Below, in pieces: positions 1-9,013 of a DNA stretch of 32,000 nt (its first letter is position 1; every line of letters starts with the position of its first letter). Origin of the DNA: Vibrio vulnificus CMCP6 (lineage in GTDB: Bacteria > Pseudomonadota > Gammaproteobacteria > Enterobacterales > Vibrionaceae); NCBI RefSeq assembly GCF_000039765.1, contig NC_004459.3, positions 2,896,104-2,928,103 on the forward strand, written 5' to 3'. Under the pieces are notes generated by a model, which did no database searches, had not been told where the DNA came from, and saw nothing but the letters and a program-made list of their open reading frames with translations. A program made the translations under genes and the position numbers.

Positions 1-384
1 TACTATGGTTGAGTTCGCCAGTGCAGAAAACTGACGGCCACCATATTTCTTCGAAATGATCAGTGAGAAAAAACGCTCTTTACGTAGGTATTCCCACACC
101 TCTTTCGGTAAATCACGATCTTCTTTCACAATCTTATGATCATCGAGCATTGCAAGCAGTGTTTCTAGCTCGTTATCAATGAAAGCTTGCTCTTCAACCG
201 ACAAGGTCGGTTTTGGATAGTGATGCAGTTTGGAGAAATCTGGCTTCCCAGAAAACAGCTCCGCGTCCCACCAAACACTTCCCGCTTCCATTGCTTCCTT
301 CTCTGTTTCAGACAAAGGAGGAAGTACTTTTTTGAACATTTTAAATGCTGGGTCGCTGACCCATTTTTTTCTTAGAGAGCACAT
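1..384 (-). CDS. fadE: Acyl-CoA dehydrogenase, FadE-like (N-terminal 128 codons only; the rest lies beyond the window start)
   Basis: An open minus-strand frame runs off coordinate 1, so it is absent from the supplied ORF track. The ATG at 384-382 has an AAGGA Shine-Dalgarno about 7 nt upstream and an in-frame TGA two codons upstream. The translation MCSLRKKWVSDPAFKMFKKVLPPLSETEKEAMEAGSVWWDAELFSGKPDFSKLHHYPKPTLSVEEQAFIDNE...KKYGGRQFSALANS resembles the E. coli FadE segment that follows its N-terminal membrane region. That similarity is from memory and was not aligned. Confidence 0.75.
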   Translation of the reverse strand, partial: MCSLRKKWVSDPAFKMFKKVLPPLSETEKEAMEAGSVWWDAELFSGKPDFSKLHHYPKPTLSVEEQAFIDNELETLLAMLDDHKIVKEDRDLPKEVWEYLRKERFFSLIISKKYGGRQFSALANSTIV

Positions 385-446
385 AGTTCAGATCCTTTTG
401 TTCACTTGGTGGAACCTGTTGGTCCTTGTTTGTATTTTAATAATAG

Positions 447-1073
447 CTACTCAGCGGACATGCCGGCTGAGAGATAGGGAATCAATAGATCAACGACAGA
501 TTTCACGTCGGTCTGTTGATTAAATTTACTGTCTGCAATTTCCACTAACGCTTGGCTAGAAGCCATGGTGAAAACACACGTGCCTAAAGTGAAGTGCAAA
601 CGCCAGAATAGTTTTTCTTCCGTCAATGCTGGATTGGCTTTTAGGATGGAGGCGATAAAAAGCTCCAGCACTTCGGCGTAACGTGTCGTGATAAACCATC
701 TTAGATGGCCCTGCACGTCGGTATAGCCTCGACCAATGAGAAGCATAAAAAGGCTGGTACCATTGGGCCTGACATCATTGAGCTCTCTTAGCGGCAATCG
801 AAGCGACTCAAACACTTCATCCATCGTATAGCTCTCTTGACTGTTGAGCTGAGTCAGAGATTGCTTTACCGCAGGCATCAGAGCCTCCAAATAACGGTTG
901 AGTACTGCACGAACTAAGGTTTTCTTATCGCCAAAATGGTAATTCACGGACGCAAGATTAACGCCTGCTTTACCCGTTATGGTGCGCAATGACGTGTCAT
1001 TAAAACCGTATTCCGCAAATAAACCTTCGGCTACATCAAGGATTTTTTCTTTTGTACTGCTTCTTGGAGCCAT
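447..1073 (-). CDS. TetR/AcrR-family transcriptional regulator, PsrA-like (fatty-acid-responsive type)
   Basis: This is ORF 447..1136 trimmed to the internal ATG at 1073-1071 (MAPRSSTKEKILDVAEGLFAEYGFNDTSLRTITGKAGVNLASVNYHF...), which is a typical TetR N-terminal HTH. It lies directly upstream of, and co-oriented with, the fadE-like gene. A PsrA-consensus palindrome sits in its own leader. Confidence 0.85.
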   Translation of the reverse strand: MAPRSSTKEKILDVAEGLFAEYGFNDTSLRTITGKAGVNLASVNYHFGDKKTLVRAVLNRYLEALMPAVKQSLTQLNSQESYTMDEVFESLRLPLRELNDVRPNGTSLFMLLIGRGYTDVQGHLRWFITTRYAEVLELFIASILKANPALTEEKLFWRLHFTLGTCVFTMASSQALVEIADSKFNQQTDVKSVVDLLIPYLSAGMSAE

Positions 1074-1088
1074 TTTAATCACCCGTAT

Positions 1089-1102
1089 CAAACAACTGTT
1101 TG
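1089..1102. promoter_or_regulatory. Candidate PsrA-type operator, CAAACAACTGTTTG
   Basis: Perfect inverted repeat CAAACA-AC-TGTTTG. It fits the published PsrA motif (C/G)AAAC-N2-4-GTTTG(C/G). It lies 16-29 nt upstream of the regulator's ATG and just downstream of the putative -10. Confidence 0.55.
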
Positions 1103-1103
1103 A

Positions 1104-1132
1104 AATATACGTTTGACACCATAAATTAACAA
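1104..1132 (-). promoter_or_regulatory. Putative sigma-70 promoter of the TetR-fadE operon
   Basis: On the minus strand: TTGTTA (1132-1127), 17 nt spacer, TATATT (1109-1104). The operator then falls around the predicted transcription start. Confidence 0.4.
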
Positions 1133-1376
1133 GCAATTAACATCACACTTTTCAACATTGGTCCGACCAGGTTTAATCACTTCACTCTATCTGGCTGTTT
1201 TCCTGTTAAAAATTACTGGAGAAAAAATTTTTAAAAAAATGGGGAACTGTTTAAAAAAGGCAGGGTCTGAATAGATGTAACAAAAAGGGCAATTTAAAGT
1301 TCTACTGGCCGTCAAACTTGTTTCTTACTTTCTGTTACGTTGCTGCTTTATCTTATTAACTCCTATGTTTGTATCT

Positions 1377-1408
1377 GCCCAGACCCTATTGGTACTGGGC
1401 TTTTTTTT
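1377..1408 (+). terminator. Rho-independent terminator on the plus strand with no annotated plus-strand gene upstream
   Basis: GCCCAG(1377-1382)/CTGGGC(1395-1400), plus 3 inner pairs (ACC/GGT with one bulged A) and a 5-nt loop, followed by T8 (1401-1408). Read on the minus strand there is no U-tract after the hairpin. Confidence 0.6.
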
Positions 1409-1472
1409 GTTTGTCACTCTCTGGTCAGTCTCAATTTAGGACGGCAAATAGTTAAGACAGCCAATAGAAACC

Positions 1473-1504
1473 AAAAAGCCTCTGCGATAGTTGCAGAGGC
1501 TTTT
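1473..1504 (-). terminator. Rho-independent terminator of nhaA (bidirectional in appearance)
   Basis: GCCTCTGC(1478-1485)/GCAGAGGC(1493-1500) with a 7-nt loop. It is flanked by A5 (1473-1477, the U-tract on the minus strand) and T4 (1501-1504). It lies about 40 nt downstream of the nhaA stop at 1544. Confidence 0.7.
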
Positions 1505-1543
1505 GAGTTTATTGCATCAATCTATGGTTTAGCAGTCTGTCGT

Positions 1544-2713
1544 TTAGCTGATTGCTTTCTCACTTTCCGCCGCTGTCTTTGGCAGCGATACATGCAGTAA
1601 GAAATAACCAAGCACTGCCGCTGTCGTCGATCCCATTAAGATACCTAGTCGTGAATAAGTATCGAAGTCTGGATTTGCACCACCGAAAGCCAGCGATGAA
1701 ATAAAGATCGACATGGTGAAACCGATACCACAGAGCACTGACACGGCAAAGATATGCTTGAAGTTCACACCTTCAGGCAATTTAGCCACACCAAACTTCA
1801 CCGCTGCCCAGCTAAACGTAAAGATACCCAGTGGTTTACCAACCAACAGTCCTAGCGCGATACCCAGCGGCAACATGGAAGTCAAGCCAGAAAGAGACAC
1901 CCCTTCAAGCGAGATACCAGCGTTAGCAAAGGCAAAGACAGGTAAGATAGCAAAGGCAACATATGGGTGAAGCGCATGTTCCATGTGTTTCAACGGAGAG
2001 TGCTCACCTTTTTTACCCTGTAATGGGATAGAGAAACCAATCACGACACCTGCCAAGGTTGCATGGACTCCGGATTTCAGTACCGCAACCCACAAGATAA
2101 AGCCGACAACGATATACCAAATTAACTTAGTCACATTCTTAGCGTTTAGCATGAACAAGACACCCGTCATCGCGAATCCAACCGTCAACGCAAGTGTCGA
2201 CAAATCGCCACTGTAGAAGAGCGCAATAATCACAACGACGCCCAAGTCATCGATGATCGCTAATGCCAAAAGGAACACTTTAAGACTGACAGGAACGCGC
2301 TTACCTAGCAGCGCCATGATACCCAAAGCAAATGCAATATCGGTCGCTGCTGGAATTGCCCAACCTTTAATCGCTTCCGGATCGTTTCCATTGAAAGCAA
2401 CATAGATAAGCGCTGGCGCCAACATACCACCCACTGCGGCAATCGCTGGGAAGATCGCAGTTTCACGCGATTTCAATGCGCCTTCTAATAATTCACGCTT
2501 AACTTCCAAGCCGATCAGCAAGAAGAAAATTGCCATTAGGCCATCATTGATCCAGTGAGATACTGACATGCCAAATACATAAGTATGCAAAACCGCTTGG
2601 TAACTTTCATTGAGAGGCGAGTTTGCAATCACCATTGCGATGGCGGCAGCGATCACAAGCAAAATGCCACCAGCAGATTCCATTTTGAAAAAGTCACGAA
2701 TGACATCGTTCAT
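1544..2713 (-). CDS. nhaA: Na+/H+ antiporter NhaA
   Basis: 389-aa polytopic membrane protein. The N-terminus [34 protein letters not shown] and the ...[16 protein letters not shown]... motif (the paired Asp of NhaA) are characteristic of the family. Confidence 0.95.
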   Translation of the reverse strand: MNDVIRDFFKMESAGGILLVIAAAIAMVIANSPLNESYQAVLHTYVFGMSVSHWINDGLMAIFFLLIGLEVKRELLEGALKSRETAIFPAIAAVGGMLAPALIYVAFNGNDPEAIKGWAIPAATDIAFALGIMALLGKRVPVSLKVFLLALAIIDDLGVVVIIALFYSGDLSTLALTVGFAMTGVLFMLNAKNVTKLIWYIVVGFILWVAVLKSGVHATLAGVVIGFSIPLQGKKGEHSPLKHMEHALHPYVAFAILPVFAFANAGISLEGVSLSGLTSMLPLGIALGLLVGKPLGIFTFSWAAVKFGVAKLPEGVNFKHIFAVSVLCGIGFTMSIFISSLAFGGANPDFDTYSRLGILMGSTTAAVLGYFLLHVSLPKTAAESEKAIS

Positions 2714-2956
2714 GATTTCACCCTTTTATTTATAATCGTAATCAACGAACTTTGAAGAATGTAAGCAGTGTATATATAACCATTTTGTAGGAATAATCGC
2801 TTGTTTGGATGTTTCACTTCGGTATTTCCGATGTAAGCAATTACCTCAGCCAACCACATTCTCAGTTCATCGACATTCAAGCCATTGAAAAGATTATAGC
2901 CAATTCGTTAAACGGATGTTAGTAAAGCGATTGATTATTCATAAATCGTAACAGAT

Positions 2957-2990
2957 AAAACAATGGGCTCCATGAGGAGCCCATTGTTTT
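2957..2990 (-). terminator. Rho-independent terminator of the ABC/AttH operon
   Basis: Perfect 15-bp stem AAAACAATGGGCTCC/GGAGCCCATTGTTTT with loop ATGA, overlapping the TAA stop (2991-2989). The arms end in T/A runs in both orientations. Confidence 0.8.
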
Positions 2991-4113
2991 AATAACCCGT
3001 TAATTGCATAAAGCCTCTTCCAGACTTGCTACCTGCCACATTTATTGGCCCTTCCCAATAGGGAATCAAAAAGGGTAACCACATCTCTTGCTGTACCGCT
3101 TTCGTTTGCACGTAGATGTCTTGACTTGGAATTTCAATCACCCATTGCAATGGAATGCGCTTTCCGTCTGACAGCGTTGTATAGAGGATCGGATAAACCG
3201 TCACATCCTTTTCCGTTAACGGTATGACTTTGCCAGACGACGTTGATAGCGTACCAAAAATATAAGGAACTCGACTTTGATGACGGTAACGGCTGATGCT
3301 AAGTGCCTTGTCGTTGTCGAGGTTGAAGGTGAACCAATCCCACCCTTGCTGCCCTTCTTCGAAAAGGTTGCTGCCCCACTCTTTTTGTAGCCACGCATTG
3401 CCCGTTACTTCAATACGACGCCCTTCTAAGAACATACTGCCTTTTACATCGAGAAAGGGAGCGCTAATGCTGAATGACGCAACCGACTCGAGATCGTGTT
3501 TAACTTGATAGCCTTTATCACCATTGAGAACAAATGGGCCACCCGTCCTCGTCGCCAGCTCCAGCGAAAAATCATCGGTTGCTATTGTTAGGCTTCCTGG
3601 AAACGGCGTTGTACCCAACGAACGCCATGTCCAGTTATCGATCCACATACGAAAGGGTTTATTGGTTGACCCCGCTTGGCCTATCCCACCTCTGGCCACG
3701 CGTTGCTCCCGCCAGATCTTTTCTTTTCCCGTTAAAACAACGTTAGCGAGATAAAGCTGAGGGTTTTGCCAACCACTGACTTCTCTTTCATCAGTCGCGA
3801 TGCGGAACAAACTAAACTGGACGGTGTAGAATTGACCAAATTCGTCTTGCAGCGTTGCAAAATAGTGCCACCATTCATGCTGGTATTGCTCATGAAATTT
3901 GAAATCTTCCGGCAACGAGACTTTTTTATTGGGTAATACAGGCTCAAAGATCGTTTTGTCCTGTATGCCCAAAGAGTTATTCAGTCGATATTCTTGCGCC
4001 TCATTGGTAGCGGATTGAGACCAATAAAAGCCCATCGCAGCTGTCACCATAGCCGCTAAAAGAAAAGTGAGCATTAATGCAAGATTATTGGATTTTCCAG
4101 CTAACCACTTCAT
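2989..4113 (-). CDS. AttH-like lipocalin / hydroxyneurosporene-synthase (CrtC)-like protein, membrane-anchored or exported
   Basis: 374 aa with an N-terminal hydrophobic anchor (LALMLTFLLAAMVTAAMGFYW). The W-rich segments (HEWWHYFATL, WIDNWTW, WGSNLF..GWDWFTF) recall the AttH/CrtC lipocalin-like family usually found downstream of a MacB-type ABC pair. Its ATG (4113) directly abuts the permease TAG (4116-4114). Confidence 0.65.
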   Translation of the reverse strand: MKWLAGKSNNLALMLTFLLAAMVTAAMGFYWSQSATNEAQEYRLNNSLGIQDKTIFEPVLPNKKVSLPEDFKFHEQYQHEWWHYFATLQDEFGQFYTVQFSLFRIATDEREVSGWQNPQLYLANVVLTGKEKIWREQRVARGGIGQAGSTNKPFRMWIDNWTWRSLGTTPFPGSLTIATDDFSLELATRTGGPFVLNGDKGYQVKHDLESVASFSISAPFLDVKGSMFLEGRRIEVTGNAWLQKEWGSNLFEEGQQGWDWFTFNLDNDKALSISRYRHQSRVPYIFGTLSTSSGKVIPLTEKDVTVYPILYTTLSDGKRIPLQWVIEIPSQDIYVQTKAVQQEMWLPFLIPYWEGPINVAGSKSGRGFMQLTGY

Positions 4114-6567
4114 CTAGAATGAATCCCTTAATGATTTCATTGGCGTGTTCTTAACCAGACGGATAACGGGTAATGCGCCAGCAAGCATAATCGCGATCAT
4201 CGCCCAAAGAATGGTCTCTCCGTACTCAATCACATCGATTTGCAATTGCAAAGACCAACCAAACGACTGCTTAATCACTATGTCCACCACCAACGTGGCA
4301 AGCGCCATACCGAGTGGAACCGCGATAAGGGCGGAAATCACGCCGAACACAAATAACTGTAAACCACCAAGAATAATGAGTTCTTTACCCGAAACCCCCA
4401 GACATCTCAAAATAGAAATATTCTTTTGACGGCTCATCTCTCCTGCTAACGTCGCGAAGAAAAGGCCAAAAACGGCGATCACCAGCGTGATATTTCCTAA
4501 GGTATCTGCAATAGCGAAGGTATGATCAAAGACTCGCATCGCTTGACTATAAATGTTGTTGTTATCAAACACTCGTTCAGACGTCAGTCTAAAGATGTTT
4601 TCCAAGCGATGCTTGAGGCCCTCGCCATTGACGTTGTCTTTAAGCAACACGCCTAAGCCCACGTTGCCAGAGCCTGCAAACGCATACAGCCAGTTGCGGT
4701 GAGACAGCAACACTTGATTGTAAGGATTGCCGTAATCGTAATACACCCCAACGACCAGCCAGCCTCCACCTAATGGCGCAGCAAGATCGAGATAATCGCC
4801 GGGTCGGATATCGAGTTTTAACGCCATTGATTCACTGATCATGACGCTTTTACTGTGATGTAAATGATACCAATAATTAGGCACACCTAATTTTACGGTT
4901 AGTGCTTCCAACTCGCCGTCGCTTGGGCCAGTACTGACCACTTGAACGATATCACGCTCATCCGCCAGTTCTTTCTCCCAACGCCACCACACTTCATCCA
5001 CTTCCGGTTGGGCTTCAAGCCAGTTACTCAATCTCGCCGCAGAATTGTTGGTTGGATAAATGTAAAGATCCGCAGCTAAACGCTGGGTTAACCACTTATC
5101 GGTGGTGTCTCTAAAACTGCCGACCATGGTTTCAACACCAATGTTGGCCGCCAACGCCAACATAAACGCCATCATGGCAACGCCACGATAACTCATACTG
5201 GCAGCCATATCGGCGAAAAACCAACGTAAATTCACCCAGCGCAAAGTATAAGAGAAGCTGTTAAATACCTTCCACATTAAAAAAGGCATGAACAGCGCCA
5301 CACTCATCAACATCAGTGCAATGATTGTAAAGCCCGATTCTGGCGTCTTCGGAGCTTGATAAACGGCAATCGCCGCTACGGCGAAACCACAAGCAGCGAG
5401 AGCTTGCCAAGCGAACTCTTTGCCTGCAAAACGCACCAACGATAACTTAGCGGACAAACGAATGGGCTGAGATTTCAACAAGCGAATGAGCGGCCACAAG
5501 CACGATATCAATGCGCCAAGTACCGCCAGAAGCAAACTGTATAGGCTCGACTCCCAACTCCAGCTAATCGACAAGCCTACGTTGGCATCGTACAAATCCC
5601 CTAAACTAGCAGAAACAGCAGGGATCAATTCATTTGCCAAAAACAACCCTAAAACATTGCCACAAGCCCAAGCAACCAAAACCAAAATGGTCAGCTCGAG
5701 TAATAAAGCTTTGGCTAGCTGCATGCCAGTCACACCCGTTTGTCGCATAATACCAACAAGCGGTTGACGCTGGATAAGCGATAACGACATCGCTTGATAG
5801 AAAATAAATAAGCCAACGAGGAAAGAAAGCATCCCCATTGCAGTCAGATTAAGGTGAAATGCTTTGGTCAATGATTCCAGTTCATCTTGGCTGTTTCGAA
5901 CCAGCGTCAAACCATTGGGCAAATAACGTTTAAGGTGTTCTAGCTTCTCTGGCGGCATTTCTGCACAAGCGATCACCGATAAACCTGAGCTGCGCTTTAG
6001 CATGCGTAACAATGAAATGTCAGCGACCATACGGCTGCCATTTAAGCGTTGTTCACGGTCAACACGTAAAGGCCCCAGTTGGCTGCCATCTTCTAAAGCA
6101 ATAAAGTCGCCATCTTGCCACGCCATGTGTTCAGCAAGATCTTGGCTAATAAGAATGGGATAAGGCGGGTTCATTAACGCTAGTGAGGTGGCGCGATTTA
6201 AAGAGGTCTCTTTCTCCAACTGCAGCATGGCAACCGGATCCATACCAATCAACATCAACCCCATACCATCTGCCGTTTTGATATGGTGCATATCAAATGG
6301 CGTACATTGCTGAAAACCTGCTCGGCGTAATTGAATATAAAAACCTTGGGGAATCTTATTGGCGCTGTGTTTTGGGCGAATGCGATATGGCAGAGGGTTA
6401 TTGAAGAGTTTCTCGCCGTTTTGATAGCTTTCTTGCGCATGGTGATTGATGGCTGTGACACCAACCAATAAAGACACGCCTAACGTGAGGCCAAGCCACA
6501 CCAATAATATTTGTAGCGGGTAACGTCTGTAGTGACCGAGTAGTGCCTTAACTACGGGCCATAACAT
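4114..6567 (-). CDS. ABC transporter permease, FtsX/MacB-type with duplicated FtsX domain (YbbP/AttFG-like)
   Basis: 817-aa polytopic protein. It has two blocks of TM helices separated by large extracytoplasmic segments. It overlaps the upstream ATPase gene by 20 nt. Confidence 0.85.
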   Translation of the reverse strand: MLWPVVKALLGHYRRYPLQILLVWLGLTLGVSLLVGVTAINHHAQESYQNGEKLFNNPLPYRIRPKHSANKIPQGFYIQLRRAGFQQCTPFDMHHIKTADGMGLMLIGMDPVAMLQLEKETSLNRATSLALMNPPYPILISQDLAEHMAWQDGDFIALEDGSQLGPLRVDREQRLNGSRMVADISLLRMLKRSSGLSVIACAEMPPEKLEHLKRYLPNGLTLVRNSQDELESLTKAFHLNLTAMGMLSFLVGLFIFYQAMSLSLIQRQPLVGIMRQTGVTGMQLAKALLLELTILVLVAWACGNVLGLFLANELIPAVSASLGDLYDANVGLSISWSWESSLYSLLLAVLGALISCLWPLIRLLKSQPIRLSAKLSLVRFAGKEFAWQALAACGFAVAAIAVYQAPKTPESGFTIIALMLMSVALFMPFLMWKVFNSFSYTLRWVNLRWFFADMAASMSYRGVAMMAFMLALAANIGVETMVGSFRDTTDKWLTQRLAADLYIYPTNNSAARLSNWLEAQPEVDEVWWRWEKELADERDIVQVVSTGPSDGELEALTVKLGVPNYWYHLHHSKSVMISESMALKLDIRPGDYLDLAAPLGGGWLVVGVYYDYGNPYNQVLLSHRNWLYAFAGSGNVGLGVLLKDNVNGEGLKHRLENIFRLTSERVFDNNNIYSQAMRVFDHTFAIADTLGNITLVIAVFGLFFATLAGEMSRQKNISILRCLGVSGKELIILGGLQLFVFGVISALIAVPLGMALATLVVDIVIKQSFGWSLQLQIDVIEYGETILWAMIAIMLAGALPVIRLVKNTPMKSLRDSF

Positions 6568-7219
6568 GCAGTTGCCCCCCTTGCAGGCGAATCATCCCTT
6601 CCATGTGTTTGGCCACTTTTTCACTGTGTGTTACCAACAATAAAGTGCAGTCTAGCTGACGGGTAAGCGAGGTGAGTAAGCGCATAACTGCTTCGGCATT
6701 GCGTTCATCAAGGCTGCCTGTGGGCTCATCCGCCAACAGCAATTTGGGTTCCATATACAACGCACGAGCAATGGCCGCTCTCTGCTGTTGTCCCCCAGAC
6801 ACTTCTTCCGGATAACGCCCAAGAAGCGGCATGAGATCCAAAGCCGATAAAATTTGACGCCACAACCCCTTATCATCAGGAAGGCCCTTTAATTGGCGGC
6901 AAAAACGAATATTGTCGGCAATATTGAGTGTAGGTAACAGGTTGAATTGCTGGAAGATATGGCCAATATTATTTCGACGGTAGGCAGTTCGCAGATGCTC
7001 TGGGGCATCGTTCATAGCAAATCCCGGAAACATGATTTCGCCAGAATCAACAATGTCGAGGCCGGAAATCAAATTCAACAAAGTGCTTTTACCGGAGCCA
7101 CTTTCCCCCATCAAAGCAAGTTGTTCCCCTTGCTTCAGGGACAATTCAGCACCTTGTAGTACGGGATGAAACTCGCCTCCATCCACATAGCCTTTACATA
7201 GGTCTGAAAGTTGTAGCAT
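6548..7219 (-). CDS. ABC transporter ATP-binding protein (MacB/LolD-type; YbbA/AttE-like)
   Basis: Walker A GESGSGKST, signature VSGGQQQRAAIARAL, Walker B LLLADEPTGSLD and H-loop VTHS are all present. I prefer the ATG at 7219 (MLQLSDLCKGY...). The track's start at 7231 is a GTG four codons upstream, and neither start has a strong SD. Confidence 0.9.
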   Translation of the reverse strand: MLQLSDLCKGYVDGGEFHPVLQGAELSLKQGEQLALMGESGSGKSTLLNLISGLDIVDSGEIMFPGFAMNDAPEHLRTAYRRNNIGHIFQQFNLLPTLNIADNIRFCRQLKGLPDDKGLWRQILSALDLMPLLGRYPEEVSGGQQQRAAIARALYMEPKLLLADEPTGSLDERNAEAVMRLLTSLTRQLDCTLLLVTHSEKVAKHMEGMIRLQGGQLHVMARS

Positions 7220-7338
7220 TGATCTAATCACTTTGTTGCTTTGAGAAATTGGAACCAGAATCTACACTAAAAACCTGATAACCGGAAGTATTTTGAGCCC
7301 TACATCACGCTATTTTGGTTTTCTTTTGCCTTGAATCA

Positions 7339-7347
7339 CCCCCCCCC
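7339..7347. repeat. Homopolymeric C9 tract in a divergent intergenic region
   Basis: ATCA-CCCCCCCCC-TCC, read directly. It lies between the minus-strand ABC operon and the plus-strand ybjT-like gene. Confidence 0.9.
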
Positions 7348-7459
7348 TCCTTTTTAAGTCACTTACCGACAAAGTAGACAGCAAGCACTTGAGTCGACTA
7401 TGAAAATGCGACAACATGAAAATACTCAGACAGGTGCATTACTCGTTAAGGAAAACGGA

Positions 7460-8908
7460 ATGAAAAAAGTGCTGGTGTTAGGGGCTTCTGGCTACGTTGG
7501 TTCACAGTTGATCCCGCAGCTTCTTGAACAAGGTTATCAGGTTACGGCGGCGGCAAGGCATATCGATCATTTGCGAGCGCGAGTGCTGCCCCACCCTTCT
7601 CTGACCTTTCACTACCTCGATCTGGCCGATCAAGAACAAACCCAAGCACTGATCCCCCAATTTGAGCTCATTTACTTCCTCGTACACGGCATGGCCCATG
7701 GACACGACTTTGTCGACTACGAGTTATCGCTTGCCGATCATTTCTATCAAGCACTTGTGGGCAGCGATGTTAAGCACGTCATTTATCTCAGTGCCATCCA
7801 ACCGCAATCGGGCTGCTCGCAGCATTTACTGGCGAGAAAAATGACCGGGGATGTGATTCGCAAAGCCAATATCCCCGTCACCGAGCTTCGTGCAGGCGTT
7901 ATCATTGGCCCAGGCTCTGCGGCTTTCGAAATTATGCGCGATTTTGTTTACCACTTACCCATTCTGATCACGCCCAAATGGGTCGACTCAAAAGCCAATC
8001 CGATCGCACTCGACAATTTGAATCATTACTTGTTGCGTCTAGCGGAGGAAACACCAGAGCAGCATCACACTTACGAAGTCGGTGGACCCGATACCCTCTC
8101 CTACCGAGATCAATTTCGCACCATTTGCCAAGTCACCAAGATCCCGTTCCGCTTGGTCAGCTCTGCGTTACTCACGCCGAGGCTTGCCTCTCATTGGCTT
8201 GGGCTAATCACTTCGGTGCCCTCCAATATCGGCAAAGCCCTTTTGGCGGGCTTAGAGCACGACTACATTGCCAACTCCCAAGCAATACGAGAAAAATACC
8301 CTCAACCACTGATTCGTTACCAAGACGCTGTGGCTCAAGCGGTTGAAAATGAAGGTACTTTCGTGAGGAGCAATGTTTGGGGATTTGATCCAGCAGCACT
8401 TCAACGTTGGCAGCCAGGCTACGGTTACTACGCCAAACAGGCAGGAGCAAGCATACGCACCCAAGCAAGTGCAGAGTCACTTTGGACATGGGTGCAAAAA
8501 ATTGGCAGCCGCAAAGAGGGGTACTTTTTTGCCGATATCTTATGGCGCACTCGAGAATGGCTCGATGTGCTCTTTGGCGGCTCTCGCCCTGTTCGACGCT
8601 CTCCCGCCGGTCCTGAGCTAAAAGTTGGCGACTATATCGATTCTTGGAAAGTGATTCGCTGCGAAAAGCAGCAATTTCTTTCGCTGTTTTTCGGCATGAA
8701 AGGGCCCGGTTTAGGTCGACTCGAGTTTACCATCCACGATCATGGTCATTATCGGGAGCTCAATGTCACCGCGTGGTGGCATCCGCAAGGTTTTCCGGGT
8801 CTACTTTACTGGTTTGCCATGATGCCTGCTCACCTGTTTATTTTTAATGGCATGGTAAAAGCGATCGCCAAAAAAGCCTCACGGGAAAAAGGGGGGACGA
8901 CCAATTAG
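7460..8908 (+). CDS. ybjT: NAD(P)-binding SDR/NmrA-like protein with C-terminal DUF2867-type domain (YbjT-like)
   Basis: This is ORF 7400..8908 trimmed to the ATG at 7460, which is preceded by AAGGA (7449-7453). It begins MKKVLVLGASGYVGSQL (Rossmann GxxGxxG). The protein reads colinear with E. coli YbjT as I recall it (TELRAGVIIGPGSAAFEIMRD, GMKGPGLGRLEF, MPAHLFIFNGM). Confidence 0.8.
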   Translation: MKKVLVLGASGYVGSQLIPQLLEQGYQVTAAARHIDHLRARVLPHPSLTFHYLDLADQEQTQALIPQFELIYFLVHGMAHGHDFVDYELSLADHFYQALVGSDVKHVIYLSAIQPQSGCSQHLLARKMTGDVIRKANIPVTELRAGVIIGPGSAAFEIMRDFVYHLPILITPKWVDSKANPIALDNLNHYLLRLAEETPEQHHTYEVGGPDTLSYRDQFRTICQVTKIPFRLVSSALLTPRLASHWLGLITSVPSNIGKALLAGLEHDYIANSQAIREKYPQPLIRYQDAVAQAVENEGTFVRSNVWGFDPAALQRWQPGYGYYAKQAGASIRTQASAESLWTWVQKIGSRKEGYFFADILWRTREWLDVLFGGSRPVRRSPAGPELKVGDYIDSWKVIRCEKQQFLSLFFGMKGPGLGRLEFTIHDHGHYRELNVTAWWHPQGFPGLLYWFAMMPAHLFIFNGMVKAIAKKASREKGGTTN

Positions 8909-9013
8909 CACCGCTTTCGTTAGCATCTTTTTGGCATAACCGTATCAATCTCGGTCCAAACCTGACTTTGTTTCTATTATTAGAATTATCACTAAAACAA
9001 ATCAGGCACGATT

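Noticed and set aside
7978-8346. Long alternative-frame or antisense ORFs inside confident genes. Examples are 7978..8346(+), 10445..10810(-), 26344..26688(-), 30011..30394(-), 31169..31588(-) and 17163..17516(-).
   Set aside because: Each lies wholly inside a gene with clear family motifs in another frame. They lack SD sequences, and their translations are low-complexity or Arg/Ser/Cys-rich, as expected for shadow ORFs.
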